DNA of 64,000 nucleotides from Rebecca billardiae RCC1528 (GCA_965240325.2 OZ251225.1:3968001-4032000), one strand, 5' to 3'; shown: positions 1 through 11,619, numbered from the stretch's first letter. The notes: generated from the letters alone by a model not told the origin. Program-made: numbers and translations.

Positions 1-1655
1 CGGGCTGCGCTGGGCCGCGCAGCGCCGCCGCGCTTTTATCAGCAGCATCGGCCCGCGGCCGCCGCGGTGGCTGGCCGCCTGACGGCCGGTGCTCGCAGGC
101 CGCAGCCCACGCATCCTCGTGGCAGTCTGCACGCAGAGGATGGCAGACCGGCTAACGGCGGCCTCGGCGGCCGCGAGCAGTCCCTTCATCTTCGGTTGAC
201 GGCGTGTCGGCGGCCAAGAGGTGGCACGGGCGGCCACGGTCGTGTCGACTCTGTGCCTCTGACGCCGCGCCTTTGTCGTCCCAGTCAGTGCCAGGCTGCC
301 GCCGTGGACGCCTTGGATGCCAATGCGGATGCCTTGACGAGCGCGTGCGGTCGTTGCGCCTGAAGTGTCTCTGACAGAGCTGATGGCTATGCCGGACGAA
401 TTTGCCGCCGCGGAGCCATCGGCAGTGCCTGACGCACCGCCATCGCCGCGCCGATGCGCATTCGCCGCGCCAGCGCCACGCAGTCCGGACTCCTGCGCCA
501 ACTCCCAGCTGCTGCTGTCCGTGCTCGGGAACACGGCGCAGCTGGACACACTCTGTGCGCACAGCCTTCTTGCGCGCTTACCAGCCAGAGTGAGTGGCAC
601 AGCACATGGCCAATTCGGGCGTGGCGTGCGTCTGAGGCGGCGCTGTGTGACATTGTGCTCGCTGTGAACGGCGCTGTCGACCACAGCGCAGGCGGCCACG
701 ATGCAACGAAGTGTGGCCGCGACGCGTGCGTACATTGTACTGCCGAAACTAGCGTACCTGCGCCAATATTCAAGTGACAATGCCCGCGTCTGACATGCTC
801 TTGGTCCCGCGAGCATGCTGTCCCCTTGTCTCAGCCTATGACTCAGATTGACTAGCACCGTTGTCTAATGGCATCGAGTAGGCTACAGGTAGCAAGGCGC
901 GCGCCGCGCTCGCGCGGCCGGCATGTGCGACGCGCCGCTGCCTCGCGCGGCTGGCGCATGCGAGGGCGCGGATCGCCCAGGGCGCAAGCGTGCGGGCGAG
1001 CTGCGACCGCACAGCTCCTCGCGCGAGCGCGGCGCGCGCTCTACCGACGCTTGGGCGCGCTCGAGTCGCTGGCACCTTCATGGGTCCAAAACGCGCGAGC
1101 GCCAGCTTGCGCGCGCGCTCGAGCTCGCCTTGGTCGGCGTGCGCGACCGACGCGCGCGGCTGGGCGGAGCGCATACACATGGTCCGCGCACAACACGACA
1201 GCAAATCATCGTCCGACTTCCTTGTGCCCGCCTGTGCGCGTTCGCGGTCGGCCGCAGCGGACAAACGTGCCGACGCGCAGTCGCGGGCCATTGGCGAGCG
1301 GCGTGAGCGGCGGAGAGGCGCGCAGCCAGCGGCGCGCGAAGGCACGGTGCCGGGGCGCACCCGCAGGACGCGTGCGCGGGCCGCGCAGACTCGAGCGACG
1401 CCCGCGGTGCGCGGCGAGCGACGCCCTCGGCGCGCGGCGACTGCAGCCTCCGCCCCCCCTACCCGAGGTGCGCGATCGGGTAGGGGACCCCTACCCGAGA
1501 CGCTTCTGGCTCCCCTACCCGTGCCTCGTCACCCACGGCCACGAGCGAATGTGGAAAGACGCGAACCCGCAAAGGATACATTGCGACAGCACTGGCACGG
1601 CCCGCCGACCCCCCCCGCCCGCCAGGGCACAGTTTGTATTCTTCGTCGTCATACG

Positions 1656-2726
1656 ATGGCGGCCGGATCCGCTGCATCAATGCCGCCCGCGACGATCATC
1701 TTTGCGATCTCGCTGCTCGCCGCAGCGCTCGACCCAGCCAGCGGCACGAGCGCGCACCACCTCCGGCGTACTGCTGTTCATCGCTCGCCAGCGGCGTGCG
1801 CCCGGCCAGCCCGGCCCGCGGCGCGTGCATTGCCCGCCCGCGCGCTTGGCGCCGTTCTCGGCCCGCGCGCGGCCGCGCCCGCGCGCCTGAGTGCCGGCCG
1901 GCGGCTCGGGCCGAGGATGCTCCTGGATGACGGCAGTGACATTGACATCGACGTTGTCGCCGCAGCAGAGGCCGCGGCCAAGCTCACGAGCTTCTCCTCG
2001 CCGCCGGGCGACGACGTGCTGCCGGGCGTGAGCGCGGCCGCCTTCCCGTGGGTGGCACTGGCCATCGCGCTGCCGACTGCGTTGGTGCTCCGCGCGGTGG
2101 CGTCGGATGCGCGCGCGGCGTCGTGGGACGTGATGCCCAAGCGCTACCTCATCCGCTGGAGCGCGCCCAGCGCCCGCCGGTACGAGCTGCCCACGGGCGG
2201 CAGCGAGCTGATGCGCGCGGGCCCGGACAACGGGCTTGCGCTCTCGTCCAAGGCGGAGTGCGTGGCGCTCGGCCGGCAGTTCGAGAAGAAGTTCACAGGG
2301 ATCACGTACCAGATCTACGAGGTGAAGGGTGGCGAGGGCGAGGAGGGCGGCGCGCCCTCGGCGCTGCGCATCGTCGGCTCGTACCCCAAGCCAGTCAACG
2401 CGGCGGGCACGTCCGTGCGCGCGTCCGCGGACGCGCAGCGCTCAGCGCGGGACCCCCTGGCGGAGGACTCGCTGGGAGACTCGTGGCGCGAGCTCTTCGA
2501 GTCGTACGCGAGCGAGATCGACGACGAGTGGGCGCGCTTCCGCGAGAGCCTCTTCGTCGTCGGCGGCTCGAGGCTGCAGGTCGTGCGCCCGGGCGAGGAG
2601 GACGACGGCGCGCCGGGCGAGGGCAGGGGCTCGGATGACTCGGACTCGGGCGCTGACGACGGCGATGACGACGACGGCGAGGAGGGCGGGGGCAAACCGA
2701 CGGTGGGCACGCCCGGCTCGGCATGA
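1656..2726 (+). CDS. Nuclear-encoded PsaD-like protein with signal peptide, one TM helix and acidic tail
   Basis: ATG 1656 (or 1680) is in frame with ORF 990..2726. Hydrophobic leader ATIIFAISLLAAAL; TM-like FPWVALAIALPTALVL (~2043-2095). 2139-2408 KRYLIRWSAPSARRYELPTGGSELMRAGPDNGLALSSKAECVALGRQFEKKF..YQIYEV..YPKPVN aligns to the PsaD core (KYAITW..FEMPTGGAAIM..NLL.LARKEQCLALG.QL..KF..Y.IYRV..PEKVN). Confidence 0.8.
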   Translation: MAAGSAASMPPATIIFAISLLAAALDPASGTSAHHLRRTAVHRSPAACARPARPAARALPARALGAVLGPRAAAPARLSAGRRLGPRMLLDDGSDIDIDVVAAAEAAAKLTSFSSPPGDDVLPGVSAAAFPWVALAIALPTALVLRAVASDARAASWDVMPKRYLIRWSAPSARRYELPTGGSELMRAGPDNGLALSSKAECVALGRQFEKKFTGITYQIYEVKGGEGEEGGAPSALRIVGSYPKPVNAAGTSVRASADAQRSARDPLAEDSLGDSWRELFESYASEIDDEWARFRESLFVVGGSRLQVVRPGEEDDGAPGEGRGSDDSDSGADDGDDDDGEEGGGKPTVGTPGSA

Positions 2727-3289
2727 GAGAGAGGCTTCGTCGGCTACGATGGATGACGACGAGAGCGCGTCTCATGCATGATCAACGCAGCGCAAGCGCG
2801 CCACCTGCTCGGCTCGGCTGGGGCAGCTGCTGACACTGCGCGCTCCGCCGCGCGCGGTGTGAGCGCTGGCACCCACTCGAGCTGCCGATGTGATGTCGGT
2901 GTGAGTGATGATGCCGTAGTCCACTGCGGCCTGCGGGGCCTGACGATGTCACAGATTCGGATAGCAGTGATGCTGCTGAGTCAGCACTCTCCGCGTCAGT
3001 TACGCGCCGCTGTCAGTAGTATAGTCAGCACCGTTATTCAGGCCGAACCGTGTCCGTTGACGGCTGCAAGTGGCAGGCGCCCCGCACATTAAGTAGCATA
3101 CATGCACTATGCAGCATCAATAATAACGCTCATCAGCATCCGCCGCAATATATTATTAATATATTTAAAGCGATGCGCGGCCTGACCGGTCGCTGCTCGA
3201 CTATATGCTGACAGTAATGATATACGGTACGGCCAGATTGATGGCGCGGGCGGTTAGACTGAGACCGTACTGAATCGCGGCCCTGCTAT

Positions 3290-3810
3290 GAATGGTGCCC
3301 GATCAGGGCGGCACGCCCACGTCAGGCACGTGCCTCTGGACGGGGCATTGAGCCGTGGCAAGGTCGCCAAATCGCGTGGCGTGGTCCCAGAGAAAGCTGC
3401 CACTACCCCTGACCAGCTTGCTAGCCAAGCCGGTCGTTGATCACCCCGCCGTTGACAGGCGCACACACGCCACGCGTAATCGTATCGGCCATGGCAGCCG
3501 TGTCGGACGGCGGTCGAACGACTACCGCGCAGCCAACACTTTGATCGTCAGACTCACGACTTGTGGGGTCAGACAGAACATTGATAGGTCTGCACCCTCG
3601 CCTGGCATGCCCAAGAGGTCAGCGCAGCCATCAGAAGGGTGATCCTGCCCGCTAGTACTACTTGCCCATCCTTCCCATGCGCAGCCTCACGCGCGCCGTG
3701 GACGGGCATTCACGCCCGCCGCATGGCTCCCTTTCCAAGTCCCCTCCACTTCATGTGGACGACTGGGCCCCGAGGGCTGCCGTAAGGCAAAGGGTGGTCG
3801 TAACGTAGTC
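3290..3810 (+). pseudogene. Degenerate region homologous to 19983-20815(-); possible Ulp1/C48 protease remnant
   Basis: Several clear DNA blocks are shared with the reverse complement of 19983-20815 (e.g. ggacggcggtcgaacgactaccgcgcagccaaca; cttcccatgcgcagcctcac; gggtggtcgtaacgt). Motif remnants: H*AV at 3346 and Q..CGV at 3549-3570. Confidence 0.45.
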
Positions 3811-3878
3811 CTTGCTCGTCCGGTCAGTCGGCGCAGGGCAACAAGCGCGCCAAGAGGCTGCGCAACGAGCTGGCCGGC

Positions 3879-5150
3879 ATGGTCAACCTGAAGAGCCGCA
3901 AGTGTGATCACGCTGGCTGCACCAAGCAGCCTTCGTTCGGCATGCCGGGCGACGCGCGCCCCAGCCGGTGCGCTGCGCACAAGCTGCCCGGCATGGTCGA
4001 CCTGGAGCACCGCAAGTGCGATCACGCTGGCTGCACCAAGCAGCCTGCGTTCGGCATGCCGGGCGACGCGCGCGCCAGCCGGTGCGCTGCGCACAAGCTG
4101 GCCGGCATGGTTGACGTGGTGAGCCGCAAGTGTGATCACACCGGCTGCACCACGCGGCCTTCGTTCGGCATGCCGGGCGACGCGCGCGCCAGCCGGTGCG
4201 CTACGCACATGCTGGCCGGCATGGTCGACGTGGGAAGCCGCAAATGTGATCACGCTGGCTGCACCAAGCAGCCTGCGTTCGGCATGCCGGGCGACGCGCG
4301 CGCCAGCCGGTGCGCTACGCACAAGCTCGCTGGCATGGTCGACCTGAAGAGCCGCCAGTGTGATCACGCTGGCTGCACCAAGTGCCCTTCATTCGGCATG
4401 CCGGGCGACGCGCGCGCCAGCCGGTGCGCTACGCACAAGCTCGCTGGCATGGTCGACCTGAAGAGCCGCCAGTGTGATCACGCTGGCTGCACCAAGTGCC
4501 CTTCATGCGGCATGCCGGGCGACGCGCGCGCCAGCCGGTGCGCTACCCACAAGCTCGCTGGCATGGTCGACCTGAAGAGCCGCCAGTGTGATCACGCCGG
4601 CTGCACCAAGCAGCCTGCGTTCGGCATGCCGGGCGACGCGCGCGCCAGCCGGTGCGCTACGCACAAGCTCGCTGGCATGGTCGACCTGAAGAGCCGCCAG
4701 TGTGATCACGCTGGCTGCACCAAGTGCCCTTCATTCGGCATGCCGGGCGACGCGCGCGCCAGCCGGTGCGCTACGCACAAGCTCGCTGGCATGGTCGACG
4801 TGAAGAGCCGCCAGTGTGATCACGCTGGCTGCACCAAGCAGCCTGCGTTCGGCATGCCAGGTGACGCGCGTCCCAGCCGGTGCGCTGCGCACAAGCTGGC
4901 CGGCATGAAGCGCCTTCGGAGTGGTGCGCACAAGCGCGGGCTGGAGCAAGACATGACGAGCACCAAACAAGTGAGCGCCGCCAAGCGACAGCGGAAGCGC
5001 ACTAGCAGCACAGCCAATGCTGCCTCGGACGTTGTGGCAGCGCGGCAGCCACGGGCGCAGCCGCCGCCGTTTCTGGTCACAGCAAGCGTCGTAACGACGC
5101 CGTCGCGTGTACGACCTGTGGTGATGGCCAGGCGGGTGCGCATGGCCTGA
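3879..5150 (+). CDS. EsV-1-7 cysteine-rich repeat protein, copy A (9 x 38 aa plus basic tail)
   Basis: 114-nt tandem units encode MVDxxxRxCDHxGCTxxPxFGMPGDARASRCAxHKLAG (C-x4-C-x16-C-x2-H). The tail contains KRQRKR. Confidence 0.9.
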   Translation: MVNLKSRKCDHAGCTKQPSFGMPGDARPSRCAAHKLPGMVDLEHRKCDHAGCTKQPAFGMPGDARASRCAAHKLAGMVDVVSRKCDHTGCTTRPSFGMPGDARASRCATHMLAGMVDVGSRKCDHAGCTKQPAFGMPGDARASRCATHKLAGMVDLKSRQCDHAGCTKCPSFGMPGDARASRCATHKLAGMVDLKSRQCDHAGCTKCPSCGMPGDARASRCATHKLAGMVDLKSRQCDHAGCTKQPAFGMPGDARASRCATHKLAGMVDLKSRQCDHAGCTKCPSFGMPGDARASRCATHKLAGMVDVKSRQCDHAGCTKQPAFGMPGDARPSRCAAHKLAGMKRLRSGAHKRGLEQDMTSTKQVSAAKRQRKRTSSTANAASDVVAARQPRAQPPPFLVTASVVTTPSRVRPVVMARRVRMA

Positions 5151-5156
5151 TGAGTC

Positions 5157-6845
5157 CACCTTGAAAACTGACAGGCGGGCTGCGCGGCGACGCAAAAAGA
5201 ACCTCACGTGAACTGCATAGGGCTCATTTTTTGATCGCCTAAGGTGCACTTACCTGCAGCAATAATCAGCTGGGCCAAGTGTGCGAATCTCGGACGATAG
5301 GCGCGTTGGAGGACGGAGCGGCGCTTTTTGCCCTGCTTCGCCCGTCCGCCGCCACCGTGTACTGGGCCGCACGAAACGCGTCCGTCGCCGCGTTGCCCTG
5401 CAGTGGGCGCGCGCTGCATGGGCTGCGGCAGAACAGCATCACGCGTGACGCTCCCCTGCGAACGTTCTCCCTTCCCACCGCCTGCGGGTCTCGAAGGGTT
5501 GGTCGCGGCGGCGTGCAACCGCGAAGTCGCGGACTAGCAGACCGGTCTGGCCCGTCACTGACGGCGGTAGCAGGTCAATAGGGAGAAGTGCACAGTGAGT
5601 GATATAGGAGGTCGATCCGCAGTGGGACGTGGGCGAGCGTAGCTCTGATTCCCGCGCGATCCTTCGCGCCAGCTTGGGCCCACACGTCTGTGCAGAGAGC
5701 AGACGACCATCCGTAGAACCGCGGGCTCGGATTCTGAATGACGGCGCCGGGCGTGAGAGCGTGCACGCCTTGGGTGCGCGACAAATCTACGGGTGGATAC
5801 GATTCAGGTGGCTCAATGCGTGCCAAGGAATGGCTGCATACGCATGTAGTGGTCACGCCTGCAGTCCACAGTGTTGCTCGTCATTGATCGGCTGATGCTG
5901 ACTTCCGCCCAGTTGAGTCCGCAACGGTTGGCGCCTGGCTGCGCGCATGGCTTTGAGACGCTGAGACGTTGTCAATGAGGAGCGCGCGTGCGGCGAAGAC
6001 AAGCGTAGTACTGTTCTGCAGCTCAAGCAGCCCCAACGCGCTCTCGCCAGTACGCGCCTGCGCGTCTGTGCAGACGGGCGGAAACGGCTCGGACCGCCGG
6101 CTGAGAGAGGGAGCGCGCAAGCCTTCGTGCCACTGCAAGTGAATGCGTCGGCGGACTTCGGGGGGATACCCACCATGCGCTCACGAAGAGCTACATCCAT
6201 CGACATGGCAGTCGCGACGCCGACTCACAGTGTCGCGCATCATGCGCGCGCACGCTCACGCACCATACTCTGCCACACACGACCGGGCGGCGCGGGACCC
6301 GCGCGCACGGCTTCCAGACTCGGAGACGGTGTCAAGGAGGAGCACTTGCGGGGCAGGCTGAATCATAGTGCTGATCTGCCGCAGCCCAGGCAGCACACGC
6401 CCGCAGCAGGGCAACGGAGCGGCTGCACGACCTCACGTGATGCGTGGCCCAGCCCCACCCCCCCCCCCGGCGGAGCGAGTGCGGAGCTCTACCCTCGCTT
6501 TCAGCTTGCTCGGAGAGGGGCGACCGCCCGCTTTTCCGATAAGCGCAGCTTGCGAAAGTGACCGGGCCCCTTGTTCTTCGTAGAGCAGTTGCAGATGATT
6601 GGATGCCGGGAGGGAGTGATAGCAAACGGCTGACCAATCAGACAGCGCCGTTGCGTCTACCCGCATTACCAGCGTCACCGGAATCTTGAGTAAATCGAAT
6701 TGGCCCTTTTGATTGGTTGCCTCCGCAATAGGCTTCATTTTCGCATATGGCTGCTGGCTTATGGAGATTCCAGAGCAGACGCTTGCTTTTCAAGTAGGAG
6801 AACCTCTTGAGATGCCACGAAGCCCCTGCGCCCTTTTTCAAGGTG
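5157..6845. mobile_element. Non-autonomous CAC-ended TIR element inserted just after the copy A stop
   Basis: Terminal inverted repeat CACCTTGAAAA (5157-5167 / 6835-6845). The flanks gagtc|atatgatg are nearly contiguous in paralog copy C (rc ~55063-55080). No clear TSD. Confidence 0.65.
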
Positions 6846-6964
6846 ATATGATGTATCGTGCGATGCGCGCCGTGCCTGCTGCTACCGTGCGCTGATATTA
6901 GCGCAGTGATATAAATATCGATATGATGATATCACTCGTCGATATGTGTCTGCGACGACGAATT

Positions 6965-7182
6965 ATAATATAATCTATCTATCTATCTATATCTATATCT
7001 ATATATATATATATTATTGATGATGGCTCGAAGCCGACGAATATGTCGGACGATTATTGGTCCGCGCCGGCCAGCGGCCTTAATTAGATAGCCGCCCTTA
7101 GATAGTAGCAACGGCCTCAAGGCCCATGCTGGCGCCTGGTTAGAGAGAGAGAGAGATATATGTATATATATATATATATATT
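6965..7182. repeat. AT/AG-rich microsatellite patches
   Basis: (TCTA)n, (TA)n and (AG)n tracts; another (TA)n at 8108-8142. Confidence 0.85.
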
Positions 7183-7379
7183 TAACGACGTGGCAGCATC
7201 GGACAAGCGTCAGGCTCAGAGTGCAACAGACACATAGAATGCGTCCGCGCCTTCCGTCCAGGTCAGACAGTGCGCCACCCGCAGCCCTGCCCCCCTACGG
7301 GAGCGCGGGGCCGGGATGGAGCACCGCCTCGGCCTGGGGCACGCGGCGGCGACGGCAGATGCCGCCGCGGCCGAGCGCC

Positions 7380-7650
7380 TTCCGGAGCACTTGGATGAGG
7401 GTGAGGTCGTAGTCGATGTCGCTGCCCGCCGACCGCCTAGCGGCGAGTAGCTCCGGCAAGCGGCAGCCGCGGCTGTCGCCCCCGTGCGCCCGCGTGGGCG
7501 CCTGGATGAGGATGAGGTCGTAGTACGCGTCGACCGCCGCGCGCCGGCCAAACGGCGCGCAGCTGCAAAAGAGGGGCTTGGAGAGTGAGCGCGCCGCCTA
7601 GCGCGCTCTGGGCGATGAAGTAGATGAGGTTGTAGTCGATGTCGCAGCCC
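7380..7650 (-). pseudogene. Degenerate coding-like remnant with three ~110-bp repeats
   Basis: gatgaggt(c/t)gtagt recurs three times. The reverse strand reads GCDIDYNLIYFI / VDAYYDLILIQ / GSDIDYDLTLIQ, with no continuous frame. Confidence 0.3.
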
Positions 7651-8103
7651 GGCCCGCCGGCGGGCTGCTGCAGATGCAGTGCTTGATGCTGGGGAACCTG
7701 GCCCCCGGGCGCGTCACACCCCGCACCCCAGGCTGCCCCACCTAGGGTCGGGAGCGTGGGGCACGGAGGAGGCCAGCGCCAAGGGCCAGATGGGTGCAGC
7801 GGCGTCCACCTGCTGCATCGCCCCCCGAGGCGATGCAGCCGGCGGCCGGCTGGAGAAAGAGGGTGCCTTGCCTATCCCGGACCCGCTGCGTGTGGTTGAT
7901 CTCCGCGTGCCACGTGCCAGCGCAGAGCAGTCGAATCGAACGTCGCGGGGTCAGCTGGCGACCCGCGCGCTCGCCCTCGGCCCGCCCGCCGCGAGACACT
8001 CCTGGCGGTGCCCCACCGAGTCCCCGGGAAGGGGGAGCCGGCCGAGGAGTCGGCCGCCGAAGCGACCCGGGCTGAGCCGGGACAACCTGAACTCTGAAGG
8101 GCG

Positions 8104-8143
<40 letters not shown>

Positions 8144-8611
8144 GGTAAGTACGGTAACAGGCCGCATCATAAGGCCATCAGAGAAGGCGCGCTAGAGAGA
8201 GAGCCGACGAGCGAGAGAGACGAGAGAGACGAGCAGAGAGACGGACTCGGAGCAGAGCACAGCAGTAGCATCATCATAACTCATCAGCGCCGGTGCCCGG
8301 AGCGCGCAGCAGGCGCCAGCAGTGAGCAGAGCCAGCAGAAATCGGTTCCTCAAGTTCCCGCCGCCGGCGCGGGGCCGGCGGGGCAGCGCGGAAGCCTGCG
8401 TGATCGTGCCGCTGCCCGCTGGCACACCGCACAGCCGAGCTGTCAGCAACTTGTCGTCGGTACTCGGTAGTAGCCGCGCCACCACCGTCCAGCTGGCAGC
8501 TGGCAGCATCCTGCTGACGCAGCAGTCATCTACTGTCATCGCGTCGCCAGAGTCACCTAGCGGTTCCGCCGTGCCGACCGAGCATCGGCGCAGCAGCCCG
8601 TCGCAGCTCAA

Positions 8612-9499
8612 TCATTGTTGGCGTGATGCGGCCGCGGCGGCCGCGGCGAAGAATGGGCCGTGTGCGATGCTGTCTGCGGCCTCACGCTTGGTCGCGGCGA
8701 GCCCGACGCGCACCGCGAGGGCCTCTGCGCGGGCACTCAGCTCGTCTGCGCGCGCGCGCGCCTCGGCCGCCTGCTGCAGCGCCTGGCGCGCGTCGGCACT
8801 CGTGGGCTGCGCCCGGGCGTGCGCGCGCTGCTGGGCGGCGGGCTCGAGCTCGGCCGTGCCCGGCTGGCAGCCACCATATTCCCCGCCGCCCGCGCCCGCG
8901 CCTGCCGCCAGTGCGTCCGCAGCGTCGGCGGCGGCGAGCGCGTCGAGGCGCAGCGCGGCGCCGTGGGCGTGATATGCGCGCGTGTGAGCGTGCGGTTGCT
9001 GCTGCTGCTGCTGCGGTGGTGGTGGCGGCGGCGTGTCAAAGCCGCCGCCGCCGCCCGCTCGCACGCGGCCGGGGCGCGAGCCGGGCGCGCCGGGCTTGGC
9101 GCACGCCGGCGCCGCGTCGCTCCACTCGGCGTGCGCGCGAGCCGCGAGCGCCACGCACGCGGGCGGCGAGCCAAACGTCGCACCGGCGTGCTGCGGCTGC
9201 GCGCTGCTGCTGCCGCCGCCGCCGCCGCCGCCGGGCTGCGGCTGCGGCGGCTGCCGCGCGGCCTCGGCCGCGCGCGGCGGGCTGAGGGGCTCAGCGAGGG
9301 CCGCCCAGCCGCGCGCGTCGGCGGGCGCGTGCGTGGCCGGGCGGACGGCGCCGCCGGGCATCGCCCACGTGGGCGTGCCCTCCGCCGCGCTCGGTGCGCG
9401 CGCCGAGCGCTGGAGCGCGGCCGCGCCCACGTGCGCCCCGCCGCCGAGCGCCGCGCACAGCTCCGCCACCTCCGCGCGCACACACCTGCGGCCGCACCG

Positions 9500-9546
<47 letters not shown>

Positions 9547-11619
9547 CGGACCGACGGGAGGGAGGGAGGCAGGGAGGAGGGGCAAGGGGGGCGGTGGGGA
9601 TGGCGGCGGTGGGGCGCGCGGCGCGCGGGGAAAAGGGGGCGCGCACCTGGCCTCCGCGGCCGCGGCCGCCCGCTCCACTCGCCGCGCCTCGCGCTCGGCG
9701 TCCGCGTCCGCGCGCGCCGCGGCGGCGTCGCGCTCGGCGGCGGCGCGCTCGCGCCGCGCGCCGCGCTCGCGCTCTGCGCCCGCGCGCACGGCCGCGCGCA
9801 GCCGGCGGCAGGCGGCGGGCACGGCGCTCGCCCACGCGTCGAGCTGCGCGGCGGCGGCGTCGGCGCCCGGCTGCGCGAGCGCCGCGCCGAGCCTCGCGCC
9901 CCTCGCCCCCTCCTCGCCCTCCCCCTCGCCGTGCTCGCCGAGCATGTCCGCGGCCGCGTCCTCCACGCACCGCAGCAGCCGGCCCAGCCAGCCGCGCGCA
10001 CCGTCGGCGAGCAGGGAGGCGTGCGCGCACGCGGCGCACGGCGCGGGGGGCGCGCGCGGCGCGGGCGGCGCGTGCGGCACGGACGCGAGCGCCGCGAGCT
10101 GCAGCGCCGACCCGGCGCCGTGCTCGCCCCGCGCGCCCGCCGGCTGCTGCGGCTGCAGCGGCTGCTGCGGCGGCGGCCGCGGCCCCGCGTGCGCGCCGCC
10201 CGCTGCCGCGCGCGCGTGCAGCCGCGCGCACTCGGCGCGCAGCGCCTCGACGGTGCCGAGCAGCAGCCGGCGCTGCGCCTCGAGCGCGGCCTCGGCGGCG
10301 CGCTGCGAGTCGGCGCACGCGACGAGCTGCGCGCGCAGCGCGTCGCGCTCGCGCTCGCTCGCCTCGAGCCGCGCCGCCGCCTCGGCCGCGCCGTGCGCCG
10401 CGCCGGCCGCGGCACCGGCCGCGGCGCGCGCCTCCGCCGCCGCCGCCTCCGCCGTCGCGCGCGCGGCGGCCTCGGCCTCGGCGGAGCGCTCGGCGGCGGC
10501 GCGCGCGGCGCGCGCGCCCGCGAGCTCGTCACGCAGCAGCTCCATCTCCGTGCGCACGTCCGCGCTCGCGCGCGCCAGCCGCTGCGCCGCCTCTGCCGCG
10601 TGCTCGTCCGCGTGTGCGAGCGCGCCACACAGCGCGTGCGCGCCGACCGCGCGCGCGCGCAGCCTCGCGCCGAGCTCGGCGACCGCGGCGCGCAGCGCGG
10701 CGGCGGCGGCGGCGTCGGCCTGCTCGGCGCGCGCAAACGCCGCGCCGCGCGCGCCGCCGCCCCCGGTCTCCTCCGCGCCGCCGCCGACGCGCGCGGCGGC
10801 GCGCGCGGCTCGCGCGTCGAGCGCGCCCGCCCACGCCTCGCGCGCCGCGCGGTGCCAGCGCTCGTCCGCGCCGCAGAGCGCGGCGGCGGCGTGCGCGGCG
10901 TCGGCGAGCGCGCCGCTCGCGGCGTCGCGCGCGCGCTGCAGCGGGCCGAGCTCCGCGCGCAGCTCCTCGCACCGCGCGCGCTCCGCCTCGAGCGCGCGGC
11001 GCGCCTCGGCCACGGCTGCCTCCGCGCGCCCGGCCGCGCCCGCGGACGCCGCCTCGCGCGCGCCGCCGCTCTCGAGGCGGGCGAGCGCGCCGTCGCGCGC
11101 GAGCACGGCCTCGTCGAGCGCGAGGCGCAGCGCGTCGCGGTCCTCGCGCAGCTCGTCGAGCGCGCCCGCCGCGCGCTCGAGCTCGGCGCGCGCCTCGTCG
11201 CGCTCGGCGCGCGCGCCCTCGAGCGCCGCGCGCAGCGTCGCCAGCGCCTCGCTCACCTCGAACTCGCCCTCCTCGCGCGCGCGCTCGTCGGAGGCGCGCG
11301 CGGCGCGCAGGGCGGAGAGCTCTTCGGTCAGATCGCCCAGCTCGCGCGCCTGCGCCTGCACCTTGGCCGCGAGCTGCGCCGCGTACTCGGCGTCGGCGGC
11401 CGGCGGCGCGCCGTCGGCCGGCGGAGCGCCGCGCCGCCCGCCCGGTGCCGGCGCCGGCGCGAGCGCGCGCGGCGCGGCACGGCGCGCGGCCGAGGCGGCG
11501 TTCGAGCCCGACGGCACGAACGGCGCCGGCGCGCGCCGCGCCGGCGCGGGCGGCAGCGCCGCGGGCTGCGCCGACCTGGACGCGCCGCGCGCGGTGAAGT
11601 CGAACGCCACTGCCTCCAT
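8612..11619 (-). CDS. Ala/Glu/Arg-rich coiled-coil protein, 2 exons (11619-9647, 9485-8612; ~948 aa)
   Basis: Heptad-like AELERAAGALDELREDRDALRLALDE. GT-AG intron 9486-9646 (AG|gtgcgc...cgcag|G, containing a tetranucleotide repeat) joins ORF 8737..11619 in frame to ORF 8612..10318. Confidence 0.7.

Noticed and set aside
1515-1560. HDV-like ribozyme (gtg-cctcgt-cac...gg...cgaa)
   Set aside because: P1 and P2 pairings cannot be formed, and the loop is not conserved in the second copy at ~21015.
3879-4904. Tandem arrays as a CRISPR-like locus
   Set aside because: The units are 114-nt in-frame coding repeats without unique spacers; the context is eukaryotic and has no cas genes.
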